Below are positions 1 to 8,980 of a stretch of 64,000 nucleotides of DNA, one piece after another. A model generated the notes under the pieces. That model was given only the letters and a program-made list of their open reading frames with translations, made no database searches and had not been told where the DNA came from. The position numbers and the translations under genes were made by a program. Every line of letters starts with the position of its first letter. Within the stretch, counting starts at the first letter, position 1. This stretch comes from an uncultured Bdellovibrionales bacterium (GTDB lineage: Bacteria; Bdellovibrionota; UBA1018; CAIPTA01): the NCBI GenBank assembly GCA_964612065.1, contig CAZTCD010000007.1, positions 5,563-69,562 of the forward strand, in the 5' to 3' direction.

Positions 1-11
1 CTCTGGTAAGC

Positions 12-1403
12 TTGCTGGCCCCCGCCGTTTTCCAGCGTTACGGGCATTTCCTGCTGAAGCTCACCCAGGAGCTCTCCGAGGTGTTCGCCGAAGGTTTCGA
101 AGCCGATGTGGAGCTGGTGGTTACCGATTCCCTCTTCAAGCACTACCGCAACACTGGCTTGGCGGCTTCTGATCATGGCGACTTCTCTCTCCGCCATATG
201 CAGTTCGGTGCCGGCTATAAAAAAGAGGAGTGGACTCCCGCTCTCGCCGAACGAATTTTCCATTCCCGCGCCTTTGATTTCCTGGAAAGCCGTTTCCGGA
301 AATTCCCGCGCGTGAAGGTGGTTTCGCGGAATCTCTTCTCGCGCGACAGCTCTCACGGACGGCTGCTCGAAGAGCTTGCTGGCTCCGGGCCGAACCATGC
401 GGACCTTTTCAAGGACCTCGTGCGCGCGCGCGGATCCTGCTCGGTGGCCTGGCTGGACGATCTTTACCGCCTCAGGGACCGCGAAAGAAATTTCCTGGTG
501 AGCTCTTCTCTGGTGCTATTCGGGGAAGTTTGGCTGAACGAGCACGACTATTTCGCACTCTCCGAAGGCTTCCGCGCAAAAATGCGGAAGCTCTCCGCCG
601 GATTTTCCACGGGAGAAACCAATCTCGCCCGGCCGGCGATCGCGCTCGCCCAGAACCGTTTCGCCCCGGCACGCATCTCCACTCTGCTTCAGGATAAGCT
701 CGGCGTGGCCCTGAAGATCAAAACCTCTCTGGCGGAAATCGACGCCGAGGAGAGGAAAACCACCCGCCTGTTCGTGGTGGAGGAGGGCTACCCTCTGGAG
801 CTTCGGCAAACGCATGAGCTGCTCGGCCTGGCGAAAGAGCGTGACTGCACTCTGGTGCTTTTCCGTTCTTCTCTTTGCGAAAGCGGCCTCAATGAGCTGA
901 AAAAGCTGAAAACTTTTCGCCTGAACCACGGATGGCTGTTTGAAATCGGTATCTATCCAGGAGGCGGCCATGTGCTGCTGATCGAAGGGCAGGAAAATTC
1001 CAGCCTCACGATGAGCACCCTGGGCGATAGCCTCGTTTCCGTGGCGAGAATCGAGCCTTTCTGCTCCTTTGACCGGGGAGATTCCGGTGTGATCTCCGTG
1101 AGCGTGGACTGGAACCTGAAAGACGAAACTCCTGAGGAGAAAGCCAAGGGCCAGATGAAAACCCTTTTCCTCATGAATCCGGAGCCGGAAGCCAAAAAGC
1201 TGAATCTCGAATTTTCGGCCGGTGTGAGGATTCACGGCTCCGGCGAAGGTGCTGCCGCGGAAGCGGGACCCTTCGGCAAATGCTTCGAAACCGAGCTGCC
1301 CCCGCTTTCCGTGATTCCGATGAGCCTCTTCGTGGAGCGGCTGCCGCAGGCTTTTGATCAGATAAAGGTGGATGAAAATGGAACTCCGGCAGAACTGGCA
1401 TAA
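12..1403 (+). CDS. hypothetical cytoplasmic protein; 5' end uncertain (frame stays open to the window edge)
   Basis: 463-codon ORF in the track with balanced composition. No signal peptide, TM segment or motif I recognise. A 32-nt overlap with the next same-strand ORF suggests an operon. Confidence 0.55.
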   Translation: MLAPAVFQRYGHFLLKLTQELSEVFAEGFEADVELVVTDSLFKHYRNTGLAASDHGDFSLRHMQFGAGYKKEEWTPALAERIFHSRAFDFLESRFRKFPRVKVVSRNLFSRDSSHGRLLEELAGSGPNHADLFKDLVRARGSCSVAWLDDLYRLRDRERNFLVSSSLVLFGEVWLNEHDYFALSEGFRAKMRKLSAGFSTGETNLARPAIALAQNRFAPARISTLLQDKLGVALKIKTSLAEIDAEERKTTRLFVVEEGYPLELRQTHELLGLAKERDCTLVLFRSSLCESGLNELKKLKTFRLNHGWLFEIGIYPGGGHVLLIEGQENSSLTMSTLGDSLVSVARIEPFCSFDRGDSGVISVSVDWNLKDETPEEKAKGQMKTLFLMNPEPEAKKLNLEFSAGVRIHGSGEGAAAEAGPFGKCFETELPPLSVIPMSLFVERLPQAFDQIKVDENGTPAELA

Positions 1404-2238
1404 ATTCCAGAGAATTCTAGGGCCGCTCCCGGCTAAGAAGGCCGGGCTGGTGCTGCTGCTATCGCATAACCGCGTGGTGGCTGGCGCGCTCGGGCTTTCC
1501 ACTGGCGGAGGGGCGCGGGGAGGCTTCAAGGAAATCGGGCGGCAGGTCGATGATATCAACGGGGCCTGGGATGATCTTTCCTCTCGCTATGGTGCAGCCG
1601 GAGCCACTTTCGTGGACCAGGAAGAGCTGCTGAACGCCCTTTCCCAGGTGGCTGCGGTGAAGCCTTCGGCCCCGGCCACCGATCACTTTCATGCTCAGCT
1701 CGGCCGTTTGCGCGAGATGCTCGGCGTGGAAAAAGGCGAGAAGAGCAAGCTGGCCACTCATGTGGGAGAGAGGCCGGTGGAGCATTTCTGGCCCCGGAAG
1801 AACTTCCTCCTCTCCATATTCCGCTCCTTTTTCGGGGAGCTTTTCCCCGAACGCAAGCTCCTGCTCGTGGGCGTGGTGAATAGCCCCGATAATTTCGATG
1901 CAATCCTGCTCGAGTTTCAAGGCAGCGAGGTGAAAGGTTTTTCCGAGCCTGACTTCTCCGGTATCGATTGGAAGGGGCTGGATCTTTTTCTGCCGGAAAC
2001 CGCCGCCCGTTTCGTGGCCTGGTGTGAGAACCACTATGTGCTTCCTGCCTATTCGATCTTCCTCAGTCGCCGTGTGTGGGACGAAGCTCGAGGAGCCCAG
2101 ATGCAGGGTGGAGAGCGTGCTGCCTGGAAGGTTTTACAGAAGACCAAGGTGGCGCGCGACGTGGAAAAAGAAGTGCTCTTCGAGCCCGAACCTTGGCCGG
2201 TGAAGGCGCTACTTCGTTGGCATTCCATGCGGGGTTAG
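1372..2238 (+). CDS. hypothetical cytoplasmic protein
   Basis: 288-codon ORF overlapping the end of the previous gene. No recognisable motif. ATG 1378 is an alternative start. Confidence 0.55.
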   Translation: MKMELRQNWHKFQRILGPLPAKKAGLVLLLSHNRVVAGALGLSTGGGARGGFKEIGRQVDDINGAWDDLSSRYGAAGATFVDQEELLNALSQVAAVKPSAPATDHFHAQLGRLREMLGVEKGEKSKLATHVGERPVEHFWPRKNFLLSIFRSFFGELFPERKLLLVGVVNSPDNFDAILLEFQGSEVKGFSEPDFSGIDWKGLDLFLPETAARFVAWCENHYVLPAYSIFLSRRVWDEARGAQMQGGERAAWKVLQKTKVARDVEKEVLFEPEPWPVKALLRWHSMRG

Positions 2239-2323
2239 GCCGTCTGTAGCGATTTCAGGCCGGGCCCCAAGCGTCAAAATCCCGGCATTGAAAGTGCTGC
2301 TTACCCGGTAGTAGGATATTTCC

Positions 2324-3274
2324 ATGGCACGGACGCCGAAGCTCAGGCACGCATTTCTTTGGATCTCCTTCTTTTTGCTCTCCTCCTGCGGAAAGTATGA
2401 CCGCATTGATGACGGTGGTTTCACCACTGTGGAGATCGGGGGAGGGCAGTCGCATAACCTTCTCACCGCAAACGTGCTCACCTACGGCATCCTGATTTAC
2501 GCCTATAGTGATACCTACGTTACGAATCTGAAGCTTTCCGACGAAAGCCAGCTGGCGCATATCACCCTGCCGAACGGCACCTATCAGTTCTATGCTTTCG
2601 GCCATGCCTTCGACTTCGGCTCTTTCGCATCCAATCCCATTCGATGTGCTGTATCCGGCTCCATCGCTCTAACCGGTACGGCCCAAACCGTGGCGTTGGA
2701 TTTCCGGGAGTCGAATTGCGCGAACGGCGCTTTCACGTCTGGCGGCAACCATCTGGATACCAATACCGGGTCTACGATCGCCAACTCGGGAGCCATTTTC
2801 GCGCAGCTGGAATACATTCACTGTGGAACGGCGGCTGGAACCGCGCTTTCCACCGTGGCCGCCACGCAGGATTGTTCCACCGGCTCAGGCATCTCAGCCC
2901 CTTGGGCGGTGGGCTCCAACGCCCGCTTCCAGGCAGTGGTGCCGATTTTCAAGCGCTCCGGAAACGTAACTCAGGTGATCGGCGAAGCTTACCGAAGCGC
3001 CTGCAGTGGCAGCGCCTACGTGGATACCATGGGTTCCCAAGCAACCTCGCTGCCAGTACGGTTTCCCTCCGGTGTGTCTACGCAGCCAGGAGTGTTCCCG
3101 ATTGCTTTTGAAACCTTCACTGAAACGGACTGTAACTCGGTACCCGTGGCTCGCCACGAGTTTTACAATGGCTTGATCTTCGGCCCCACGAATGGGGCCT
3201 CGCTGGGCAGGGCGCTTTACTACACCAGCGGCTCGGGTGTGGGCCGCCTTCGCCTGTATCTCCGGGAGCCTTGA
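2324..3274 (+). CDS. putative lipoprotein
   Basis: N-terminus MARTPKLRHAFLWISFFLLSSCGKYD has a signal peptide with lipobox LLSSC. The mature part is Gly/Ser/Thr/Ala-rich. It ends 6 nt before the next gene. Confidence 0.7.
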   Translation: MARTPKLRHAFLWISFFLLSSCGKYDRIDDGGFTTVEIGGGQSHNLLTANVLTYGILIYAYSDTYVTNLKLSDESQLAHITLPNGTYQFYAFGHAFDFGSFASNPIRCAVSGSIALTGTAQTVALDFRESNCANGAFTSGGNHLDTNTGSTIANSGAIFAQLEYIHCGTAAGTALSTVAATQDCSTGSGISAPWAVGSNARFQAVVPIFKRSGNVTQVIGEAYRSACSGSAYVDTMGSQATSLPVRFPSGVSTQPGVFPIAFETFTETDCNSVPVARHEFYNGLIFGPTNGASLGRALYYTSGSGVGRLRLYLREP

Positions 3275-3280
3275 GGCATA

Positions 3281-5605
3281 ATGTTTCCTTGGATCAGCGG
3301 CTCCCGGCTGCTCTGGCTAGTGCTGGGAGCGTGCGCCCTTTTCCTGCCCTTTCACCAGCTGCTTTACTCCGATAGAGCTCTTTTTTTCCGGGATCTCTCC
3401 CGCGATCTGCTCGTGCAGAAAAGCATCTGGGCGGAAGCGGTGAGAGCGGGAGAGGGGATCCCTCTCTGGAACCGCTTCGCGCTGGGAGGCACGCCTTTCT
3501 ACACGATGATCGTGGGCTCTCCGCAGCATCCGCTGAACTTTCTTTTTTTGCTTTTTTCCCGGGACGAGGCGCCCCGTGCTTTGGCCTGGTACCTGTGGAT
3601 TCACTATCTGGCGTTCGGAGCGGGGGCCTGCCTGCTTCTCAGGTCCTTCCGTTTGCGGTGGCCTGTTGCGGTTATGATGGCGGTTAGTGCAGCCCTCTCG
3701 GGATTTTTACTGAGCGCTCACAGCCTTGGGCATCTGGTGGCTTCCGCGGTGGCGGTGCCTTGGTATTTCTATTTCACCCGCACCTACTTCCGGAGCGCGA
3801 GGCCGCTTTATCTTCTGGCCGCCAGCGCGATGATCGCCTGGCCGATCTATGCGGGCGATCCCCAGTTCACCTATGTGCTGGCGGTGATCTCGGGCTATCA
3901 GTTTTTAAGACTCCGCCTCTGGCTGCCGTGGCTTGGCCTTGGTGCTTTGGCATTTCTCGCATCGGCAGCGCAGTTGCTGCCTACTGCGGCCGAGATCATG
4001 GCCTCGGAACGCCTGCAGATCGAGACCACTGAGCTGCTCTATTTTTCATTTCATCCCTCCCGGCTGGCCGAGCTCTTCTTCCCTCTTTTCTTCGGCAACC
4101 GCTATGGGGTGGAGAGCTTCTGGGGGGCTGATCTCGTTAATTTCCATTATAAACATCCATTCATATTTTCTGTTTATCTAGGGATACTGAGTCTATTTTC
4201 CCTGTCGCTTTTGCCGCTCCTTTTTCGGCGCGGAAAGATTGTTCGGCGCGCGCTTCCCTTGGCGGCGCTGGTGCTTGCCGGCTTTTTCCTTGGCATGGGC
4301 AAGTTTTTTCCGCTTCCCCTTTACGAGGAGTTTTCCCGCTGGATTCCCCTCTTTGGCCTGTTCCGCTATCCGGAGAGGTTTCTGTTCTGGCCGCTTTTTG
4401 CACTTTGGCTTCTATGCTCGCTGGCTCTGGAGCGAGGTTTTCGTTTGCCAAAAATCTTTCTATCGCCGGTCTATGTTTTTTCTTTCGCGAGCGCCCTGGC
4501 CGTTAACGCCGCGGCCTGGTGGTTCCTGGAGGTGCCTGGCCCGGCCAAGGACGCTCTGTTTGCCACCCTTTGGAAGGCGGGGGCGTTTCTGATCGCTGCG
4601 CAGGTTCTGCCGCGAATGCAGCGATCCTCCTGGCTTCCGTTGGTATGCGCCGTACTGTTGGTTTATGAGCTGTGGGCGGTGCAGTCGCGCCTGATCTGGT
4701 TTCAGAGCAAGCATATGGCGGATGGAAACCGCTACCAGCTGGTGAGCTCCATTCGCGGGAGCTTGGCCTCGAGAAAAGCAGAAATAGAAAGTGGCGCCGC
4801 TTTTCGCCTGGGCACGGAGAAGCTCGGCAGATTCGAGTTCAACGCCGCAAGGATGGACCATACCGTGGCCACCACTTTCAATCTGTTCGATAGCCTGGCC
4901 GCCAATACCGCGGGATTTTTCGGCATTGAGGACGTTTCCGGCTACTTTTCTTTTTTACCTTCCAGCCGATTGAAGTTCTGGAAGGCCATGGTGCGGCCCG
5001 ATTCGGGCGGGGGCGATATCCGCTTTTATCATGATCTGCTGGGCGTATATTACACACCCGTTCGCAATCCCGACGACCAGAGAATCCGCCTGGAAGTGAA
5101 CGAAACTGCGCTTCCCTATCTCTACGTGCCGGAGCGGGTTTTATTCGACGATACTTTCGATTCCACTCTCCACACCTTGCGGGCCGGAGAGTTTCGCCCG
5201 AACAGAGATGCCGCGCTCACGGGATTGGCTCATGAGGCGGTGGAGCAAAGAGGCGAGCGAGGCAACTTTCGCATCCTCCGGCGGGATTCCAGGGCATTGG
5301 ATTTCGAGTTCACGCCAGGGCCGGGTCCTGCGAAGCGCTACCTCGTGGTGAGCGAGAGCTTCCACAGAGGCTGGAGGGCTTGGGCGAGTGGGGTCGAGCT
5401 ACCACTTTGGACGGCTAACGGATGGAGTATGATCACGGAACTGGACAAGCTCGAGCCGGGCAAGGCGGTGACGGTAGAGATGCGCTTTCAGCCTCCTTGG
5501 CTGTGGCCAGGCCTTTTGCTTACGGCCTCCTGGTGGCTGATCGTGATTCTGGCTTCTTTCGGGAGGCTTCGGTTTCTATCTACTTTGCGAGGTACTCGCA
5601 GCTGA
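3281..5605 (+). CDS. YfhO-like polytopic membrane protein (putative extracytoplasmic glycosyl/polymer transferase)
   Basis: 774 aa with many hydrophobic helices over the first ~470 aa. The soluble C-terminal part ends ...ESFHRGWRAWASGVELPLWTANGW...RFQPPWLWPGLLLT plus a terminal TM, a pattern I associate with the YfhO family. The family call is from memory only. Confidence 0.6.
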   Translation: MFPWISGSRLLWLVLGACALFLPFHQLLYSDRALFFRDLSRDLLVQKSIWAEAVRAGEGIPLWNRFALGGTPFYTMIVGSPQHPLNFLFLLFSRDEAPRALAWYLWIHYLAFGAGACLLLRSFRLRWPVAVMMAVSAALSGFLLSAHSLGHLVASAVAVPWYFYFTRTYFRSARPLYLLAASAMIAWPIYAGDPQFTYVLAVISGYQFLRLRLWLPWLGLGALAFLASAAQLLPTAAEIMASERLQIETTELLYFSFHPSRLAELFFPLFFGNRYGVESFWGADLVNFHYKHPFIFSVYLGILSLFSLSLLPLLFRRGKIVRRALPLAALVLAGFFLGMGKFFPLPLYEEFSRWIPLFGLFRYPERFLFWPLFALWLLCSLALERGFRLPKIFLSPVYVFSFASALAVNAAAWWFLEVPGPAKDALFATLWKAGAFLIAAQVLPRMQRSSWLPLVCAVLLVYELWAVQSRLIWFQSKHMADGNRYQLVSSIRGSLASRKAEIESGAAFRLGTEKLGRFEFNAARMDHTVATTFNLFDSLAANTAGFFGIEDVSGYFSFLPSSRLKFWKAMVRPDSGGGDIRFYHDLLGVYYTPVRNPDDQRIRLEVNETALPYLYVPERVLFDDTFDSTLHTLRAGEFRPNRDAALTGLAHEAVEQRGERGNFRILRRDSRALDFEFTPGPGPAKRYLVVSESFHRGWRAWASGVELPLWTANGWSMITELDKLEPGKAVTVEMRFQPPWLWPGLLLTASWWLIVILASFGRLRFLSTLRGTRS

Positions 5606-6086
5606 ATGTCACCTGGCGGGTGGACACCTTCTTTTCATCGTCCCCCGGTTTTTCACGATAGGTGCTCACCAGAGTGAGCACTGCTTCGGCCGGGTATACG
5701 CCGGGAGGGATCGGCCCCGCGGTGAAGGGGAGATCAACCTTCGTGAGCGTGAAAACCACGGCGTCGAAGCGGATGCTCGGCAGGCGGCCGGGAGCTGGAT
5801 TCAAGAGGTCGCTATGGTCCGCCACGGTGAAACGATCGGTTTCTGTCCTGATCATCCAAGAATCAGCGGAAGAATACTGCCACTCGATGTCCACGTAGGA
5901 TTCGCGGGAGGAGTCTCCGGTAAGTTGGCTTACGAGCTTCAGGCTTCTCACGCTCTGAAGGGAATCCCATCCTGAGCGCAGGGCTTTTCCGAAGGCTCCG
6001 TTTGGCTTGCACTCTATGTGCACAGAAGTGTGGGCATGGGCCGGCAGGGCAATAAGGACGAGGAGCGGAAGAAGAAGGGATTTCAC
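5580..6086 (-). CDS. secreted hypothetical protein
   Basis: Signal peptide MKSLLLPLLVLIALPAHAH. 168-codon ORF whose 3' end overlaps the convergent YfhO-like gene by 26 nt. Confidence 0.6.
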   Translation of the reverse strand: MKSLLLPLLVLIALPAHAHTSVHIECKPNGAFGKALRSGWDSLQSVRSLKLVSQLTGDSSRESYVDIEWQYSSADSWMIRTETDRFTVADHSDLLNPAPGRLPSIRFDAVVFTLTKVDLPFTAGPIPPGVYPAEAVLTLVSTYREKPGDDEKKVSTRQVTFSCEYLAK

Positions 6087-6352
6087 ATAAACCTCCGGAA
6101 TGGCTCACGGGAATTGCAGGGTGGCCCTGTATACCTGCAATGGCACGGGGAATCCACTTATCGCAAGCTGGCACACTTGCGTGTTGATGAATGGCCGAAT
6201 TCTCGTTCAGAAAAGAGAGGTTGAAGCGGCTGCCGAGAAATCTTCCCGCCAGAGGGAGAAAAGGCAAGACCTCCCGAGGCCTTAGTCTAGATCTATCAAC
6301 ACACAAGGGGGCCGGCTTAAACCACTCAATTGATGCAAAGCATTAAAAGGCC

Positions 6353-7615
6353 TTGCCTTTCGAGGGGATAACCCGCATATTGAGCCTCCCCATGAGCCAG
6401 ATCCGCACCGACATCATCAGCCTCAATCCAGAGGTGGCTGCCAAGCCGCTCGATGAGCGCGCCAAGATCTTCGATATGCCCGCTGTGGGCGCGAAAGAAA
6501 CCGAAACCCGCATTCCGATCACCGGCCTCACCTTCGAAAAGCTCGTGGCGGAGATCGCTTCCCTGGGGAAAGAGAAATACCGGGCGGAGCAGGTGTTTTT
6601 CTGGCTCTATAGGAAACGCGTGCGCTCCTTCGCGGAGATGAGCAACGTATCCAAAGAAGTGCGGGAGCTGCTCGAGCAGAAGTTCTTCATTCCCCATCCT
6701 CCGCAGATCCAGATGCAGATCTCGGCCGAAGACAACGCCCATAAATACCTCTATCGCTGCGCCGATCAGCGCACGATCGAAACCGTGCTCATGCCGATCA
6801 AAGATCGCCTTACCCAGTGCGTGAGCTCCCAGGTGGGCTGTGCCATGGCCTGCGCCTTCTGCAATACCGGCGACATGGGCCTGATGCGGAATCTCAAAAC
6901 CCACGAGATCGTGGACCAGGTGCTCGAAGTGGCCCGCAACTATCCCCAGCACATCGTGGATAAGTTCGGCGAGCGCATCACGAATATTGTTTATATGGGA
7001 ATGGGGGAGCCGCTCCACAATCTCGAAAACGTGCTCGATTCGATCGCCATTCTCACGCATCCGCGAGGCTTCAATATCTCCCACCGCAAGATCACGGTTA
7101 GCACCAGCGGTCTCGTGCCCCAGATGCTCGAGCTCGGACGTCGCTCGAAGGTGAATCTGGCCGTTTCCCTCAACGCCACCACCGACCAGCTCCGCGACGA
7201 GATCATGCCGGTGAACAAGCGTTACAACCTGAAAGCCCTGCTCGATGGCTGCCGGCAGTATGAGCTCGGCCCGGGCCGACGGATCACTTTCGAATACGTG
7301 ATGCTGAAGGGCCTCAACGATTCACGGCAAGACGCCCAGCGGATCCTGGCTCTGTTGCGCGGTATTCCCTCCAAGGTGAACTTGATTCCCTATAACCCTC
7401 ATCCGGCCTCGCCCTTCCTGCGGCCGGATCTGCCGAGCGTGATGGCCTTCCAGAAGTACCTGCTGGACCGCAACCTCACCACCACGATACGGATCTCGAA
7501 GGGCCCCGATATCCTGGCCGCCTGCGGGCAGCTGCGCTCGAAAGAGGCGCTGAGATCCAGGCATGCCGAGAGGCGGGAGCGCCGGCAGGGTATGGATACG
7601 TCTGTTCGCGCCTAA
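6353..7615 (+). CDS. rlmN: 23S rRNA/tRNA m2A methyltransferase RlmN (radical SAM)
   Basis: Carries the CAMACAFCNTG radical-SAM CxxxCxxC cluster, GMGEPLHN, the N-terminal KYRAEQVFFWLY block and the C-terminal AACGQL Cys. The true start may be ATG 6392 or 6476. Confidence 0.9.
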   Translation: MPFEGITRILSLPMSQIRTDIISLNPEVAAKPLDERAKIFDMPAVGAKETETRIPITGLTFEKLVAEIASLGKEKYRAEQVFFWLYRKRVRSFAEMSNVSKEVRELLEQKFFIPHPPQIQMQISAEDNAHKYLYRCADQRTIETVLMPIKDRLTQCVSSQVGCAMACAFCNTGDMGLMRNLKTHEIVDQVLEVARNYPQHIVDKFGERITNIVYMGMGEPLHNLENVLDSIAILTHPRGFNISHRKITVSTSGLVPQMLELGRRSKVNLAVSLNATTDQLRDEIMPVNKRYNLKALLDGCRQYELGPGRRITFEYVMLKGLNDSRQDAQRILALLRGIPSKVNLIPYNPHPASPFLRPDLPSVMAFQKYLLDRNLTTTIRISKGPDILAACGQLRSKEALRSRHAERRERRQGMDTSVRA

Positions 7616-7699
7616 AATGTTGAGAGTCCTCCCGCTTGTGGCGAGGAAGGCTTTCCAACGCATCATCGCTACTCAAAGCAGCCGGATGCTGATCGGACA

Positions 7700-8095
7700 C
7701 TAGTCGCAAGAACGCTGGCTTACCACTTCGGATTCCGAGTTGCAGCCCACGTAGCGGCAGCTCGTGGCGCCCATTCGGTAACAGCGGTCCAGAGCTTCGT
7801 TGCGGGTGTCGTACTCATCGGAACCATAGGCTTCGAAGGTTTCCGTGAATCCCTGAGAATTTACGCCTTCAGCTTTGCAGGAATAATTTTCCCTGGAGCA
7901 GGTTTCCGTGCAGCGGCCGTGCTTGGCTTTGCACTCCTCGCAGGAATTGTGGGCCCCCCAATGCTCTTCCCAGCCCCTATCGGTGGCAAGGCAGCTCACC
8001 TGCCCGCCGCGGCCCCAGTAGGCGTTGGCGTTGATGGCGTTCAGTGCGGTGAAGAGAGTGATGGCTAGAGCAAGTATCGATAAAATTGGTTTCAC
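7700..8095 (-). CDS. small secreted cysteine-rich protein
   Basis: GTG start with AGGAG 6 nt upstream. Signal peptide MKPILSILALAITLFTALNAINANA. 10 Cys in a ~105-aa mature chain. A sigma-54-type promoter lies just upstream. Confidence 0.7.
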   Translation of the reverse strand: MKPILSILALAITLFTALNAINANAYWGRGGQVSCLATDRGWEEHWGAHNSCEECKAKHGRCTETCSRENYSCKAEGVNSQGFTETFEAYGSDEYDTRNEALDRCYRMGATSCRYVGCNSESEVVSQRSCD

Positions 8096-8137
8096 AGAGG
8101 CTCCTGGCAGGGGGCGGGAATTCGCCTTGGCGGGAAC

Positions 8138-8153
8138 AGCAAGCGATGTGCCA
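8138..8153 (-). promoter_or_regulatory. sigma-54 (-24/-12) promoter candidate for 7700..8095
   Basis: The minus strand reads TGGCACATCGCTTGCT, against the consensus TGGCACG-N4-TTGCW. GG and GC are at the correct spacing, and the -12 element lies ~45 nt upstream of the GTG start. Confidence 0.5.
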
Positions 8154-8266
8154 TCAGGAAGCGCTGCGATTTCAGATAAATAGAATCTCTAGAGTGGAGC
8201 CAATATGCCCGGAGTGACTAAATGGCACCAAGCGAGTAAATCCTCGCCGCGGAAAACATGCGGATA

Positions 8267-8833
8267 CTAGTCAGAGGCCGGTGTGCGCCCCGATTTCCGC
8301 TCCAGGCAGCGCAGTCGCTCCTTCGATCCTTTACCCGGCAGATCGCAGGCCGAGGTTTCGAACGCGCTGAGATCCAGCCTCACGCACCGGATACGGAGGT
8401 CGTTGGAAACCAGGATTCTCGAGCAGGCATCCACAGCTTGCGCGCTTCGGCCGTTGCGAACGCACTTTACCTGATCGGCCTCGATAGGGCTGAGCCTCTT
8501 GCAGCTCTTCATCAGCTCAGGGGTGGGATAAGAGCGCAGGCAGATCAGTTGGTTGTCGGTGGACCAGCCGCTTTTTCCACAGATCTCGAAAGAATCTTTA
8601 TTGGCTCCGGTACGGAGGGCGGTGAGGCGTAGTTCCGGGTCTTTGTGAAAGGCAGCAGCGAGCTGGATCAGATCGGCCTTCAGTTCCATGAGCTCACTAT
8701 GGCCCACGCATCTGCGAATGCAGTCCTTCCCCGACTTGCAGAGCTCTTTACAGGCTTCGTTCACGGCATTGCCCGCGTGGCTATTGGTAGCCAGAAAAAA
8801 GAAGAAGAAAGTGATGCGAATCAGGGGTGCCAT
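8267..8833 (-). CDS. secreted cysteine-rich protein
   Basis: ATG 8833 gives MAPLIRITFFFFFLATNSHAGNA (signal peptide). Multiple Cys are spread through the mature chain (CKELCKSGKDCIRRC...). The track start 8854 is a TTG seven codons upstream. Confidence 0.6.
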   Translation of the reverse strand: MAPLIRITFFFFFLATNSHAGNAVNEACKELCKSGKDCIRRCVGHSELMELKADLIQLAAAFHKDPELRLTALRTGANKDSFEICGKSGWSTDNQLICLRSYPTPELMKSCKRLSPIEADQVKCVRNGRSAQAVDACSRILVSNDLRIRCVRLDLSAFETSACDLPGKGSKERLRCLERKSGRTPASD

Positions 8834-8980
8834 GCGTACCTTGCTGGAGCTCAATGCTTGGGTATTTTTCGGCCGGAAATAGCCGGGACTTAAGGAGAAT
8901 TCGGCCTAACTCCGATCGGAGACGGAGGATGGAGATCCTAGAGATTCCAGGGGTTTAGAAGAAACCGTGGGTGCGGCTAA

